NCBI RefSeq assembly: GCF_000016745.1
Contig: NC_009483.1
Span: 780,001-812,000, forward strand
From: Geotalea uraniireducens Rf4
Lineage (GTDB): Bacteria; Desulfobacterota; Desulfuromonadia; Geobacterales; Geobacteraceae
DNA: 32,000 nt
Direction: 5' to 3'
Numbering within the stretch: the first letter of the stretch is position 1; each line of letters opens with the position of its first letter. A program made the position numbers and the translations under genes. The notes beneath the pieces are model-generated. The model was not told the DNA's origin and did not search any database. It was given only the letters and a program-made list of their open reading frames with translations. This document shows, in pieces, positions 1-7,535 of this stretch.

Positions 1-1121
1 CCAACCTTGAATTTCATTACGGGCTGGTCAACTGGTTCCTCGGAAACAACGTGAACGCCAAGCCTACGACCCGTTTCGTTGTTCCGTATCTTACCCTGGT
101 GGGGACGCTGAAAGAGGAAGCGAACAAGATGGATCCTGTTTATGCCTTCCTGCAGATGAAGAAGCATTATGCCAAGCGTATTGCCGAACAGTTTCCCGAT
201 GATCCCCAGGTTGCCAAGAACATGTCCGCGCTGCTCGACCGGAAGGGAACCCTGATTACCCGTCCCATGGAGCGCCTCCTCGGCGATCCGCATCTCCTCT
301 CCGGCTGGCTGAGCATGAACACGAAAAACTTCCGTATCGATGACGGCAAGGTCGTCTGGCTGAGGAACCCCCTGGGGGTTCTCAATGAAACCTACGAATA
401 CCTGCACATGTCCTTCCGCCCGCACAAGCCTGCGGCGGAGATAATCTGGGGCCACGACAACGAGCTGCTCCAGCAATCGCTCCGTTTCTCCCGCACCCTG
501 CGTGAAAAGTTCGGGCTTGCCAGGGATGAGTACTTCAAGCTCAACGAATTTCTGCAGAATGATGAGCCCCAGGGTGGCTTCGATGCCGATACCTGGGAGC
601 AGATTCGCTCCACCCATTTTGGTTACGAGGCGGGCCTTGAACTGCTCGGCATGCTGTTCATGATCGGCGAGAACACCCGGTTCTGGGACCTGCGTGTTGA
701 AGAGGATCTGGAAATCACCATTCCCGACTACCTGACCGACCCGGATCTGCAGGCGCGGATGAAAAAGATCCTGGTGCCGCCTCCCGTAACCAAGGCCGAT
801 GAAATCGTTGCTGCTTGCGGTGGCATGTACTATGCCCAGGAAGCTCCGGGCATGCCGCACTTCGTTGAAGAAGGGATGCACTTCGAGAAGGGGCAGCCAC
901 TCTATATCATTGAAGTCATGAAGATGTTCAACAAGGTTTACGCTCCGTTCTCCGGCACCGTCGATAAGATCCTGATTCAGGGTGGTGACGGAATAATCGT
1001 CCAAAAGGGGCAACCACTCTTCAAGGTCACCCCGGACGAGAAATTTATCGAAGTGGATCTGAACGAGATCGAGCGCGAAAAACGCGCTCTTACCACCAAG
1101 TACCTGAAAGCCGTTCTGTAA
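1..1121 (+). CDS. Biotin-dependent carboxylase, C-terminal part with biotinyl (BCCP) domain; 5' end outside the window
   Basis: The frame is open from nt 3: NLEFHYGLVNWFLGNN precedes the GTG listed at 51. Stop at 1119-1121. The C-terminus carries the biotinyl-lysine signature EVMKM inside a biotinyl/lipoyl fold (PLYIIEVMKMFNKVYAPFSGTVDKILIQGGDGIIVQKGQPLFKV). Proximity to methylmalonyl-CoA mutase and epimerase fits an acyl-CoA carboxylase or carboxyltransferase. Confidence 0.75.
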   Translation, partial: NLEFHYGLVNWFLGNNVNAKPTTRFVVPYLTLVGTLKEEANKMDPVYAFLQMKKHYAKRIAEQFPDDPQVAKNMSALLDRKGTLITRPMERLLGDPHLLSGWLSMNTKNFRIDDGKVVWLRNPLGVLNETYEYLHMSFRPHKPAAEIIWGHDNELLQQSLRFSRTLREKFGLARDEYFKLNEFLQNDEPQGGFDADTWEQIRSTHFGYEAGLELLGMLFMIGENTRFWDLRVEEDLEITIPDYLTDPDLQARMKKILVPPPVTKADEIVAACGGMYYAQEAPGMPHFVEEGMHFEKGQPLYIIEVMKMFNKVYAPFSGTVDKILIQGGDGIIVQKGQPLFKVTPDEKFIEVDLNEIEREKRALTTKYLKAVL

Positions 1122-1135
1122 GGTTTGGGGCAGAC

Positions 1136-1213
1136 GCAAAAAGGGCTCCAAACGGGATTTGGAGCCCTCGGATCACCAACTAACCCCGCCTGAAAAGACG
1201 GGGTTAGTCGTTT
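1136..1213. terminator. Bidirectional terminator region between convergent genes (two hairpins)
   Basis: Hairpin 1: GGGCTCCAAA (1143-1152) pairs with TTTGGAGCCC (1158-1167), with an A-run on its left that reads as a T-run on the minus strand. Hairpin 2: CTAACCCCG (1180-1188) pairs with CGGGGTTAG (1199-1207), followed by TCGTTT. Confidence 0.6.
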
Positions 1214-1227
1214 GGAAAGAATCCTGC

Positions 1228-1437
1228 TCAAGTCTGATTATAATCGTCTCCTTCAACGCATTCGGATTGCGCTTCCAGAAATGATTTTTCCTGGGGATCC
1301 TTGACGATTTCCGTAATACCGTGATTAACGGACCAAATCGTTCCACAATGAGGGCATTCGATGATTTCTTCAGTGAAGCCATTTGAATGCAACTCGATGT
1401 CAATATGTTCGTGGTTTTTACATACGGGACATTTCAT
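1228..1437 (-). CDS. Small zinc-ribbon protein (69 aa), function unknown
   Basis: Internal ATG (plus-strand CAT at 1435-1437) preceded by AAGGAGA on the minus strand. Product is MKCPVCKNHEH...ECPHCGTIW, with two CxxC pairs. The longer 109-aa ORF would read through a GC-rich hairpin and lacks an RBS. Confidence 0.6.
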   Translation of the reverse strand: MKCPVCKNHEHIDIELHSNGFTEEIIECPHCGTIWSVNHGITEIVKDPQEKSFLEAQSECVEGDDYNQT

Positions 1438-1467
1438 GACAGTTCTCCTTTCGCGCCAGACGGCATT

Positions 1468-1618
1468 AGGGACTGTAGGGGCGTGGGCTTGCCCTTTAGG
1501 CCCGCAGTTTGGGTCCGCCCTTGTTGCAATCGCCACCCAAAGGCGGCCCAGACCCAAAGCGGGCGGCCCAAGGGCGCGCCCCTACGGGAAAAGGTATGAT
1601 TTTATTTTCCGAGTCCCT
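1468..1618. other. GC-rich extended imperfect hairpin (rod-like), candidate structured RNA or palindromic element
   Basis: Nested Watson-Crick blocks: 1468-1474/1612-1618 (AGGGACT/AGTCCCT), 1475-1483/1577-1585 (GTAGGGGCG/CGCCCCTAC), 1491-1496/1570-1575, 1500-1505/1559-1564, 1508-1515/1551-1558 (TTTGGGTC/GACCCAAA), 1516-1519/1542-1545. No convincing ORF in this stretch. Confidence 0.45.
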
Positions 1619-1674
1619 TAGTAAAGTGTATGACCACGGATTTTGTTTGCAAGTAAAAAAATAGATCTCTTTTC

Positions 1675-1890
1675 AGCGTTGTCCGGTTTGGTTTTTGCTT
1701 ACGTCCCGTAGGGACAGAATACTGGTAGCCGGGGAATTCATTCCCCGGTCATCCAGGCGAAATATCATCACGTCACGTACGTGACGTGGGGAAATATAGC
1801 ATCTCTCCGGGGGATGAATCCCCCGGCTACATTCAAACGCCCCTAATGGGGCTTAACAACCTTGATGCACAAACCAAACCGGACAACGCT
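1675..1890. repeat. MITE-like inverted-repeat element, copy 1 (core 1701-1852), nested inside a perfect 20-bp inverted repeat
   Basis: The core shares long blocks with 7536-7695: ACGTCCCG[T/A]AGGGACAGAAT, GGTAGCC, CGTCACGTACGTGAC (1771-1785) and CCGGGGGATGAATCCCCCGGCTACA (1807-1831). The outer repeat AGCGTTGTCCGGTTTGGTTT (1675-1694) is exactly complementary to 1871-1890. Confidence 0.75.
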
Positions 1891-1974
1891 GACCTCTTTT
1901 ATGAAAAATCGAGGAATTTGCCCGTTCGGCTTCCACGAGATGACGCCCATTTTACGCAGGATAAGGAGAGTATC

Positions 1975-3630
1975 ATGAGCATTTCCGAAAAAAAGAAAGC
2001 ATGGCAGGAAACAACCGTCAGCAAGAACATCGCCAAGGCGCCGGAGCGCAATAACGAATTCAGCACCACCTCCAACATCGAGATGGAGCGCTGTTTTACC
2101 CCTGACTTCGAATACCCCGGTTACGAGGAAAACCTCGGTTTCCCCGGTGAATACCCCTTTACCCGCGGTGTGCAGCCGACCATGTACCGCGGCCGTTTCT
2201 GGACCATGCGCCAGTACGCCGGTTTCGGCACCGCAAAGGAGTCCAACGAGCGCTACAAGTATCTCCTCCAGGCAGGCCAGACCGGTCTGTCGGTTGCCTT
2301 CGATCTTCCCACCCAGATGGGTTACGATTCGGACGCGGGCATGAGCCGCGGGGAAGTGGGGAAGGTGGGGGTCGCCATCGACTCGATGGCTGATATGGAG
2401 ATACTTTTCGACGGCATTCCCCTCGACAAGGTTTCCACCTCCATGACCATCAATTCCACTGCGGCGATCCTTCTTGCCATGTACATCGCCGTGGCCGAGA
2501 AGCAGGGGGTCTCGTCGGACAAGGTGTCCGGCACCATCCAGAACGATATCCTCAAGGAGTACATGGCGCGCGGCACCTATATCTACCCGCCCAAGGAGTC
2601 GATGCGCATCATCACCGATATCTTCGCCTACTGCAAGGACCAGGTTCCCAAGTGGAACACCATCAGCATTTCCGGCTATCACATCCGCGAGGCCGGCTCC
2701 AGCGCAGTGCAGGAAGTGGCATTCACCCTGGCCGACGGCATCGCCTACGTGGATGCAGCCATAAAGGCGGGACTCGATGTGGACGAGTTCGCGCCGCGGC
2801 TCGCCTTCTTCTTCAATGCCCATAACAACCTGCTGGAAGAGGTGGCCAAGTTCCGCGCCGCCCGCCGCATGTGGGCCAGGATCATGAAGGAGCGCTTCAA
2901 GGCCAAGGACCCCAAGTCCCAGATGCTCCGCTTCCATACCCAGACCGCCGGCTGTACCCTTACCGCCCAGCAGCCCGACAACAACATCATGCGTGTCACC
3001 ATGCAGGCCCTGGCTGCCGTGCTCGGCGGCACCCAGTCGCTCCACACCAATTCCCGCGACGAAGCCCTTGCCCTTCCCACAGAGGATTCGGTACGCATCG
3101 CGCTCAGGACGCAGCAGGTCATTGCCTATGAATCCGGTGTCGCCGATTCCATCGACCCGCTGGCAGGAAGCTTCCTCGTCGAGTCGTTGACCGATCAGAT
3201 TGAAAAGGCGGCTCTGGAGTACATCGACAAGATAGACAAGCTGGGCGGAGCGGTTGAGGCCATTTCGCAGGGCTTCCAGCAGAAGGAGATCCAGGATTCC
3301 GCCTTCGCCTACCAGCGGGCGATCGAAACCAATGAACTGGTGATCGTCGGGGTCAACAAATTCACCATCCAGGAGCCGCCGCCAAGCGGTCTGCTGAAGG
3401 TGAAGGAAGAAGTGGAAATCTTCCAGAAAAAGTCGCTGGCCGAGTTGAAGGCAAAGCGGGACAACGCCAGGGTGCAGGATACACTCAAATCCCTTGAAAC
3501 TGCTGCGAGGGGGACCGATAACCTGATGCCGCATATCCTTGACGCGGTCAAGGCCTACGCCACCCTGGGCGAGATCTCTGACGTCTTCCGCGAGGTCTTC
3601 GGCAAACACCGTGAGACGGTTGTGCTGTAA
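1975..3630 (+). CDS. Methylmalonyl-CoA mutase, catalytic (N-terminal/large) chain, 551 aa; no B12-binding domain
   Basis: ATG at 1975 with AAGGAGAG at 1963-1970. Motifs [37 protein letters not shown] and [17 protein letters not shown]. The ORF ends without a DxHxxG cobalamin-binding domain. The 1786 start listed in the ORF track reads through the repeat element. Confidence 0.92.
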   Translation: MSISEKKKAWQETTVSKNIAKAPERNNEFSTTSNIEMERCFTPDFEYPGYEENLGFPGEYPFTRGVQPTMYRGRFWTMRQYAGFGTAKESNERYKYLLQAGQTGLSVAFDLPTQMGYDSDAGMSRGEVGKVGVAIDSMADMEILFDGIPLDKVSTSMTINSTAAILLAMYIAVAEKQGVSSDKVSGTIQNDILKEYMARGTYIYPPKESMRIITDIFAYCKDQVPKWNTISISGYHIREAGSSAVQEVAFTLADGIAYVDAAIKAGLDVDEFAPRLAFFFNAHNNLLEEVAKFRAARRMWARIMKERFKAKDPKSQMLRFHTQTAGCTLTAQQPDNNIMRVTMQALAAVLGGTQSLHTNSRDEALALPTEDSVRIALRTQQVIAYESGVADSIDPLAGSFLVESLTDQIEKAALEYIDKIDKLGGAVEAISQGFQQKEIQDSAFAYQRAIETNELVIVGVNKFTIQEPPPSGLLKVKEEVEIFQKKSLAELKAKRDNARVQDTLKSLETAARGTDNLMPHILDAVKAYATLGEISDVFREVFGKHRETVVL

Positions 3631-3697
3631 TTGTGACGGAAAAACAACGCTTCTGTGACTTTGCTGTAACATAAATCACCTACATTCGGAGCACTCC

Positions 3698-4102
3698 ATG
3701 CTGACAAAAATCAATCACATCGGTATAGCGGTAAATTCCCTGGACGAGGCAATTCCCTTTTATCGTGACAATCTCGGCATGGCCTTCAGGGGGATGGAAG
3801 AGGTTGTGGAACAGCAGGTCAAGGTGGCCTTCCTTGAAGTGGGTGAGTCGAAGATCGAACTGTTGGAGCCGACCAGTGCCGAGAGTCCTGTAGCCAAGTT
3901 TCTGGAGAAGAACGGTCCCGGCGTTCACCACATTGCCTACCAGGTGGAGGATCTTGAAGCAGCCATCGCAAAGCTGGAATCGGAGGGGGCGCGCATGATC
4001 GACAAGGTCCCGCGGCTGGGCGCCCACGGAGCGCGCATTGCCTTCATCCATCCAAAAAGCAGTAATGGCGTGTTGACCGAACTCTGCCAGGCGGGGCATT
4101 GA
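3698..4102 (+). CDS. mce: Methylmalonyl-CoA epimerase (VOC/glyoxalase family)
   Basis: 134 aa. INHIGIAV, VHHIAYQVEDL and IAFIHPKSSNGVLTEL are typical of epimerases. Lies directly downstream of the mutase. Confidence 0.85.
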   Translation: MLTKINHIGIAVNSLDEAIPFYRDNLGMAFRGMEEVVEQQVKVAFLEVGESKIELLEPTSAESPVAKFLEKNGPGVHHIAYQVEDLEAAIAKLESEGARMIDKVPRLGAHGARIAFIHPKSSNGVLTELCQAGH

Positions 4103-4381
4103 CCGGACAATCAACAGACGATTCATCTTGCCGGAATTCTTCAAATGCAGAATTCGTCGAAATGAAGACAGTCTTAAAATGTCTCATTAAATCAATGTGT
4201 TATGGGCTACATGTTTGATTATGTAACAATGTTTGAAAATTTACTTGACTTATGTTTGTATAATTGTATAGTAACGACAAAATTATAGAACATGGTGGTA
4301 ATTGTATATGTGGTTGCAAACCGCCTGAAAGTGGATATCCAGACGGACATTCCCCTGAAAAGGGTTGAATGTAAAGGTTTG

Positions 4382-4410
4382 TTGACAACCGAAACAAATA
4401 GAGCTAGTAT
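4382..4410 (+). promoter_or_regulatory. Sigma70-like promoter TTGACA-17-TAGTAT
   Basis: TTGACA at 4382-4387, a 17-bp spacer, TAGTAT at 4405-4410, within an AT-rich tract. Read by eye only. Confidence 0.4.
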
Positions 4411-4535
4411 TCATGCGTCAAAATTAATAAGTGCAGGTGCTAATGCCGCTACCATGTCCAGAACAGAATGCAGCGCAGGAATACACTTCGGTTAGAAAGG
4501 CCACCGAGACGGCTGGCTGTGCGTTAGATGTTGAT

Positions 4536-4590
4536 AAAAGCCCTTGTTCGCTCCTGTAATCAGTATACAATGAGGCGGGCAAGGGTTTTT
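4536..4590 (+). terminator. Intrinsic-terminator-like hairpin with a T5 run inside the ompJ upstream region
   Basis: CCCTTG (4541-4546) pairs with CAAGGG (4580-4585) and the stem extends through G-C and G-U pairs. It is flanked by AAAA on the left and TTTTT (4586-4590) on the right. Confidence 0.4.
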
Positions 4591-4672
4591 CGTATGGAGG
4601 GGGAATTGACGGTCCGGGTTTGACCTGACTTTTTTCATGGAAAGGTGGTGATGGAGAGCTCAATTTCGCTGT

Positions 4673-4702
4673 TTGACATGTGATTTTCTAATTTTCTACA
4701 AC
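4673..4702 (+). promoter_or_regulatory. Proximal candidate promoter for the porin gene, TTGACA-18-TACAAC
   Basis: TTGACA at 4673-4678 and TACAAC at 4697-4702. This would give a very short leader ahead of the GAAGGAGG RBS. Confidence 0.3.
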
Positions 4703-4719
4703 AATGAAGGAGGTACAAG

Positions 4720-6108
4720 ATGAGTTTCAAGAAGAAAATATTGGCAGTCGCCGCAGTGGGTGCACTGACCGTTGCAACGGCAGTACCGGCAATGGCGCTG
4801 GAGAACGAGTTTCACGGGATGTATCGCTTCAAGTTTAACATGTCGAATGCCTATGATGCGTCATCCGGCCCGTTTACTGTTAAGGATAATCCCAAAACGA
4901 AGGAGTATCTGGAGCAGCGCGCCCGTCTCATGTATATCGCCAAGGCAAGCGACGACCTGAGGCTGGTCACTCACTTCGAGCTCGATTACTCCAAGTTCGG
5001 CGATGGCTCGTATGACATTAAACGGGGCCAAGGTGCTGCCATCGGCGCAGACGAGATCAACCTGGAGACCAAAGACATCTACCTGGACTTCAACCTTCCG
5101 ACTGCGGTTCCCGTAAACTTCAAGGTGGGGATGCAGCCCTGGATCGACTCCTACGGCGGGCTCGTTGTCAATGCCGACATGGCCGGCGTGCTGGCCTCCG
5201 CCAAGTATGCCGGTTTCAGCAACTCCCTCGGCTTCTTCCGCTTTGATGATAAAGGGGCAATAGCCGGTAAGAACTCCCGCGACTTCCTTGCACTTGACAC
5301 CAAATACAGCCTGAACAAGGACGTGCGGATCGGCGCTTCCTACTACCTTCTGAATGATGACCTCGATGTCGCTACATCGACATTGACCGGGAAAGATCCC
5401 GCGCGGGTTGCAAACAGCAGCATTGTTCACATGCTGGGCTTGAACGGCCAGGCGAAGGTTGGGATTGCAACGATTGATGGCGGCTTCCTCTACCAGTTCG
5501 GCAATCTGGAAGCTCCTGTTAATGGCCACCTCAGCGCATTTGGCGGCTATGTCGGCAGCAAGGTCGCCGTCGGCCCCGGCACCTTGAACGTCGTTGCCGC
5601 CTACACAACGGGCGACAGCAACCCATCCACCGGCAACAGCAATGCCTTCCAGTCGGTCGGCAACACGAACAGCGGTTCTTTTTCCGAAAACACCTTCTAC
5701 GGCGCCAACATGCACCTCCTGATGCGCTCCAAGTACGAGATCAACTCCAGCCGCAACCTTATCTATTCTTCAAATAATAACAACCAGGGGATGACCGTTG
5801 GTTCCCTCGGCTATGACATGAAATTCACCGACAAGCTCTACGGCAATGCCAATGTCGGCTTTGGCGCGATCTCCAAGACAAATAGTACCAATGCCACTGC
5901 TGACAGCAAGTACCTCGGTACTGAGATAAACGCAGAAGTCGGCTATAAACTCTACGACAACCTGAATGCGAGCGTCTACGGCGCTTACGTTGCCTTGGGT
6001 GATTACTTCAAGAACGTTGGTACTACTACTTCTTCCACTGGCGTTGCTCCCGGAAAAAGACCTAATGACCTATTCTTGACCACAGTGATGCTGAACTACG
6101 TCTTCTAG
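4720..6108 (+). CDS. ompJ: Outer-membrane porin, OmpJ-like
   Basis: Signal peptide MSFKKKILAVAAVGALTVATAVPAMA, alternating beta-strand-like sequence, aromatic C-terminal residue (LNYVF), strong RBS GAAGGAGG. Its position after mcm and the epimerase matches my recollection of G. sulfurreducens ompJ. The symbol comes from memory of synteny, not from an alignment. Confidence 0.7.
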   Translation: MSFKKKILAVAAVGALTVATAVPAMALENEFHGMYRFKFNMSNAYDASSGPFTVKDNPKTKEYLEQRARLMYIAKASDDLRLVTHFELDYSKFGDGSYDIKRGQGAAIGADEINLETKDIYLDFNLPTAVPVNFKVGMQPWIDSYGGLVVNADMAGVLASAKYAGFSNSLGFFRFDDKGAIAGKNSRDFLALDTKYSLNKDVRIGASYYLLNDDLDVATSTLTGKDPARVANSSIVHMLGLNGQAKVGIATIDGGFLYQFGNLEAPVNGHLSAFGGYVGSKVAVGPGTLNVVAAYTTGDSNPSTGNSNAFQSVGNTNSGSFSENTFYGANMHLLMRSKYEINSSRNLIYSSNNNNQGMTVGSLGYDMKFTDKLYGNANVGFGAISKTNSTNATADSKYLGTEINAEVGYKLYDNLNASVYGAYVALGDYFKNVGTTTSSTGVAPGKRPNDLFLTTVMLNYVF

Positions 6109-6113
6109 TTGCA

Positions 6114-6148
6114 GAACAAGGCCGGCGGGACTTCCGCCGGCCTTGTTC
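6114..6148 (+). terminator. Strong hairpin terminator after the porin gene
   Basis: 15-bp perfect stem GAACAAGGCCGGCGG (6114-6128) / CCGCCGGCCTTGTTC (6134-6148) with loop GACTT, followed by ATTT. Confidence 0.75.
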
Positions 6149-6221
6149 ATTTGACAAGCCGTAAAAAGCTGCTTTAATTTTCTTGGAACTTGATCCAAAT
6201 TACATGACGGGGGGAATGATC

Positions 6222-6509
6222 ATGAAGAAGATTGCGATGATGATTATGGCGACATTTGCTTTGGCTGCTGCGGTTCCGGCCTTTGCTGCAGAGATGACCA
6301 AGGAAGAAAAGGACCAGTGTCTGCTGGCCTCGAAAAACTGCGCAACAGAAGTGGACAGCATCCAGAAAAAGATCAAGAAGCTGAATGCCGAGATCAAAAA
6401 AGGGAAAAAAGTCTATTCTGCCGACGAAATCAAGAAACTCCAAGGCAAGTTGAAAGAGGCCGAAGATATGCTTGACGTCCTTTTGGGATTAAAAGGCGGC
6501 GCGCAATAA
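6222..6509 (+). CDS. Small secreted Lys-rich coiled-coil protein (95 aa), unknown function
   Basis: ATG at 6222 after GGGGGAA. Signal peptide MKKIAMMIMATFALAAAVPAFA. The mature part is K/E-rich with two Cys (DQCLLASKNC). Confidence 0.6.
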   Translation: MKKIAMMIMATFALAAAVPAFAAEMTKEEKDQCLLASKNCATEVDSIQKKIKKLNAEIKKGKKVYSADEIKKLQGKLKEAEDMLDVLLGLKGGAQ

Positions 6510-6532
6510 ATATTCCTTTGAAATGTTTTATG

Positions 6533-6560
6533 AAGGGGAGAGGCGACTCTCCCTTTTTTT
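6533..6560 (+). terminator. Rho-independent terminator
   Basis: GGGAGAG (6536-6542) pairs with CTCTCCC (6547-6553), loop GCGA, then T7 (6554-6560). Confidence 0.8.
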
Positions 6561-6608
6561 ATTACATGGTGGCAGAAACCCGGCTGTTTTGCCCTTTTGA
6601 TATATTCT

Positions 6609-6637
6609 TTGACTTGCGAGGATTGCTTTGGGATAAT
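6609..6637 (+). promoter_or_regulatory. Sigma70-like promoter TTGACT-17-GATAAT for the TA pair
   Basis: TTGACT at 6609-6614, a 17-bp spacer, GATAAT at 6632-6637. Sits between the upstream terminator and mntA. Confidence 0.45.
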
Positions 6638-6692
6638 TCAGAACCCTTTGCGGAATCAAAGAGCAGTCAACCATTTGAAACCGATCAAACCC

Positions 6693-7106
6693 ATGAAGAA
6701 ATCCATCACCGAAACGATTATTCAGTATTTTGCTCCTGATCGACACGTCATAGCCGTCTACCTGTTCGGCTCGCAGGCCAGGGGAAGGGCGAAGCCGTCC
6801 AGCGATGTGGATTTGGCGGTGCTTCTTGCAGAAAAGCCCGATTTCGACTACCGCTTAAAAGCCATGGACGAGCTTTCAGGTCTGCTGAAAAAGCCGGTGG
6901 ATGTCGTGATCCTTGACCAATGCGGTCTGATAATGCAGCGGCAGGTGCTCAAATACGGGATCCTCCTCTATGAACGGGACAGCAGGAAGCGCAAGGCTTT
7001 CGAGATACTTTCCCGGAAAATGTATCTTGATTTTCTGCCGGCGCACCGCCTCTACGTGTCAAAAATGGAAGAAAGAATCCTCCGGAGGGTGGAGAATGGT
7101 CGATAA
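6693..7106 (+). CDS. mntA: Minimal nucleotidyltransferase (MNT) antitoxin, MntA-like
   Basis: LFGSQARGRAKPSSDVDLAVLL is the GSx(n)DxD signature of the pol-beta nucleotidyltransferase superfamily. 137 aa from the ATG at 6693. The start is uncertain because the SD is weak; the ORF is open from 6597. Confidence 0.8.
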   Translation: MKKSITETIIQYFAPDRHVIAVYLFGSQARGRAKPSSDVDLAVLLAEKPDFDYRLKAMDELSGLLKKPVDVVILDQCGLIMQRQVLKYGILLYERDSRKRKAFEILSRKMYLDFLPAHRLYVSKMEERILRRVENGR

Positions 7107-7518
7107 AGAAGTAACGGAAAGGCTTCTGGGGCTTCTGGATGGATACTTGAACGACCTGCAATCTGTTCAGGGGCTAAGTTTCGATGAGTATGAATCTGAT
7201 ATCAGGACGAAGAGGTTCGTAGAAAGAACCTTGCAGATAGCCGTCGAAGCCTGTTTTGACATGGGGTGGCACATCATTGCCGATGAAGGATTGCCCGAAG
7301 CAGAGAATAACAGGGATGTCTTCAAGGTTCTTGCGGATGCAAAAGTAATCGACCGGTCGATTGTTCCGAGTCTGCAACAGATGGCTTCTTTTCGGAACCT
7401 GATAGTGCACGACTACGGAAAGATCGACGACGAGATAGTCTTTGGCATCCTAAAACGCCGGATTGTCGATTTTGAGGCTTACGCGGGGATGATAGTCGGA
7501 TATCTCAGTGGGAAATAA
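7096..7518 (+). CDS. hepT: HEPN-domain (DUF86) toxin, HepT-like
   Basis: FRNLIVHDYGKID contains the Rx4HxY HEPN motif. The ATG at 7096 overlaps the mntA stop (7104-7106) by 11 nt. 140 aa. Confidence 0.85.
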   Translation: MVDKEVTERLLGLLDGYLNDLQSVQGLSFDEYESDIRTKRFVERTLQIAVEACFDMGWHIIADEGLPEAENNRDVFKVLADAKVIDRSIVPSLQQMASFRNLIVHDYGKIDDEIVFGILKRRIVDFEAYAGMIVGYLSGK

Positions 7519-7535
7519 CTATCCTTTTGTCACAT

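Noticed and set aside
1786-1974. N-terminal extension of the mutase (start at 1786), and the 7689 start of the secreted protein
   Set aside because: Both extensions translate the MITE-like repeat (…SPGDESPGY… in both copies) and lack an RBS. Downstream ATGs at 1975 and 7733 have strong Shine-Dalgarno sequences and give canonical N-termini.
1440-1974. Possible cobalamin riboswitch in front of the B12-dependent mutase
   Set aside because: I could not find a B12-box (GCCACTG-like within the conserved core) or the usual GGTG...AATCC architecture. The structure present is explained by palindromic repeats.
1843-3672. 609-aa ORF on the minus strand, antisense to the methylmalonyl-CoA mutase gene
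   Set aside because: Low-complexity, Gly/Leu/Arg-rich translation with no recognisable motifs. It overlaps a gene with unmistakable mutase motifs on the other strand. This is a typical antisense open frame in GC-rich coding DNA.
4417-4590. Assignment of the ompJ leader RNA to a known riboswitch class (GEMM-I c-di-GMP/cGAMP, cobalamin)
   Set aside because: The conserved GEMM strings (e.g. ACGCAAAGC, the GNRA tetraloop-receptor arrangement) are absent. The weak resemblance GGTGCTAATGCC / GGCCACCG to cobalamin elements is not enough. It stays an unclassified candidate.
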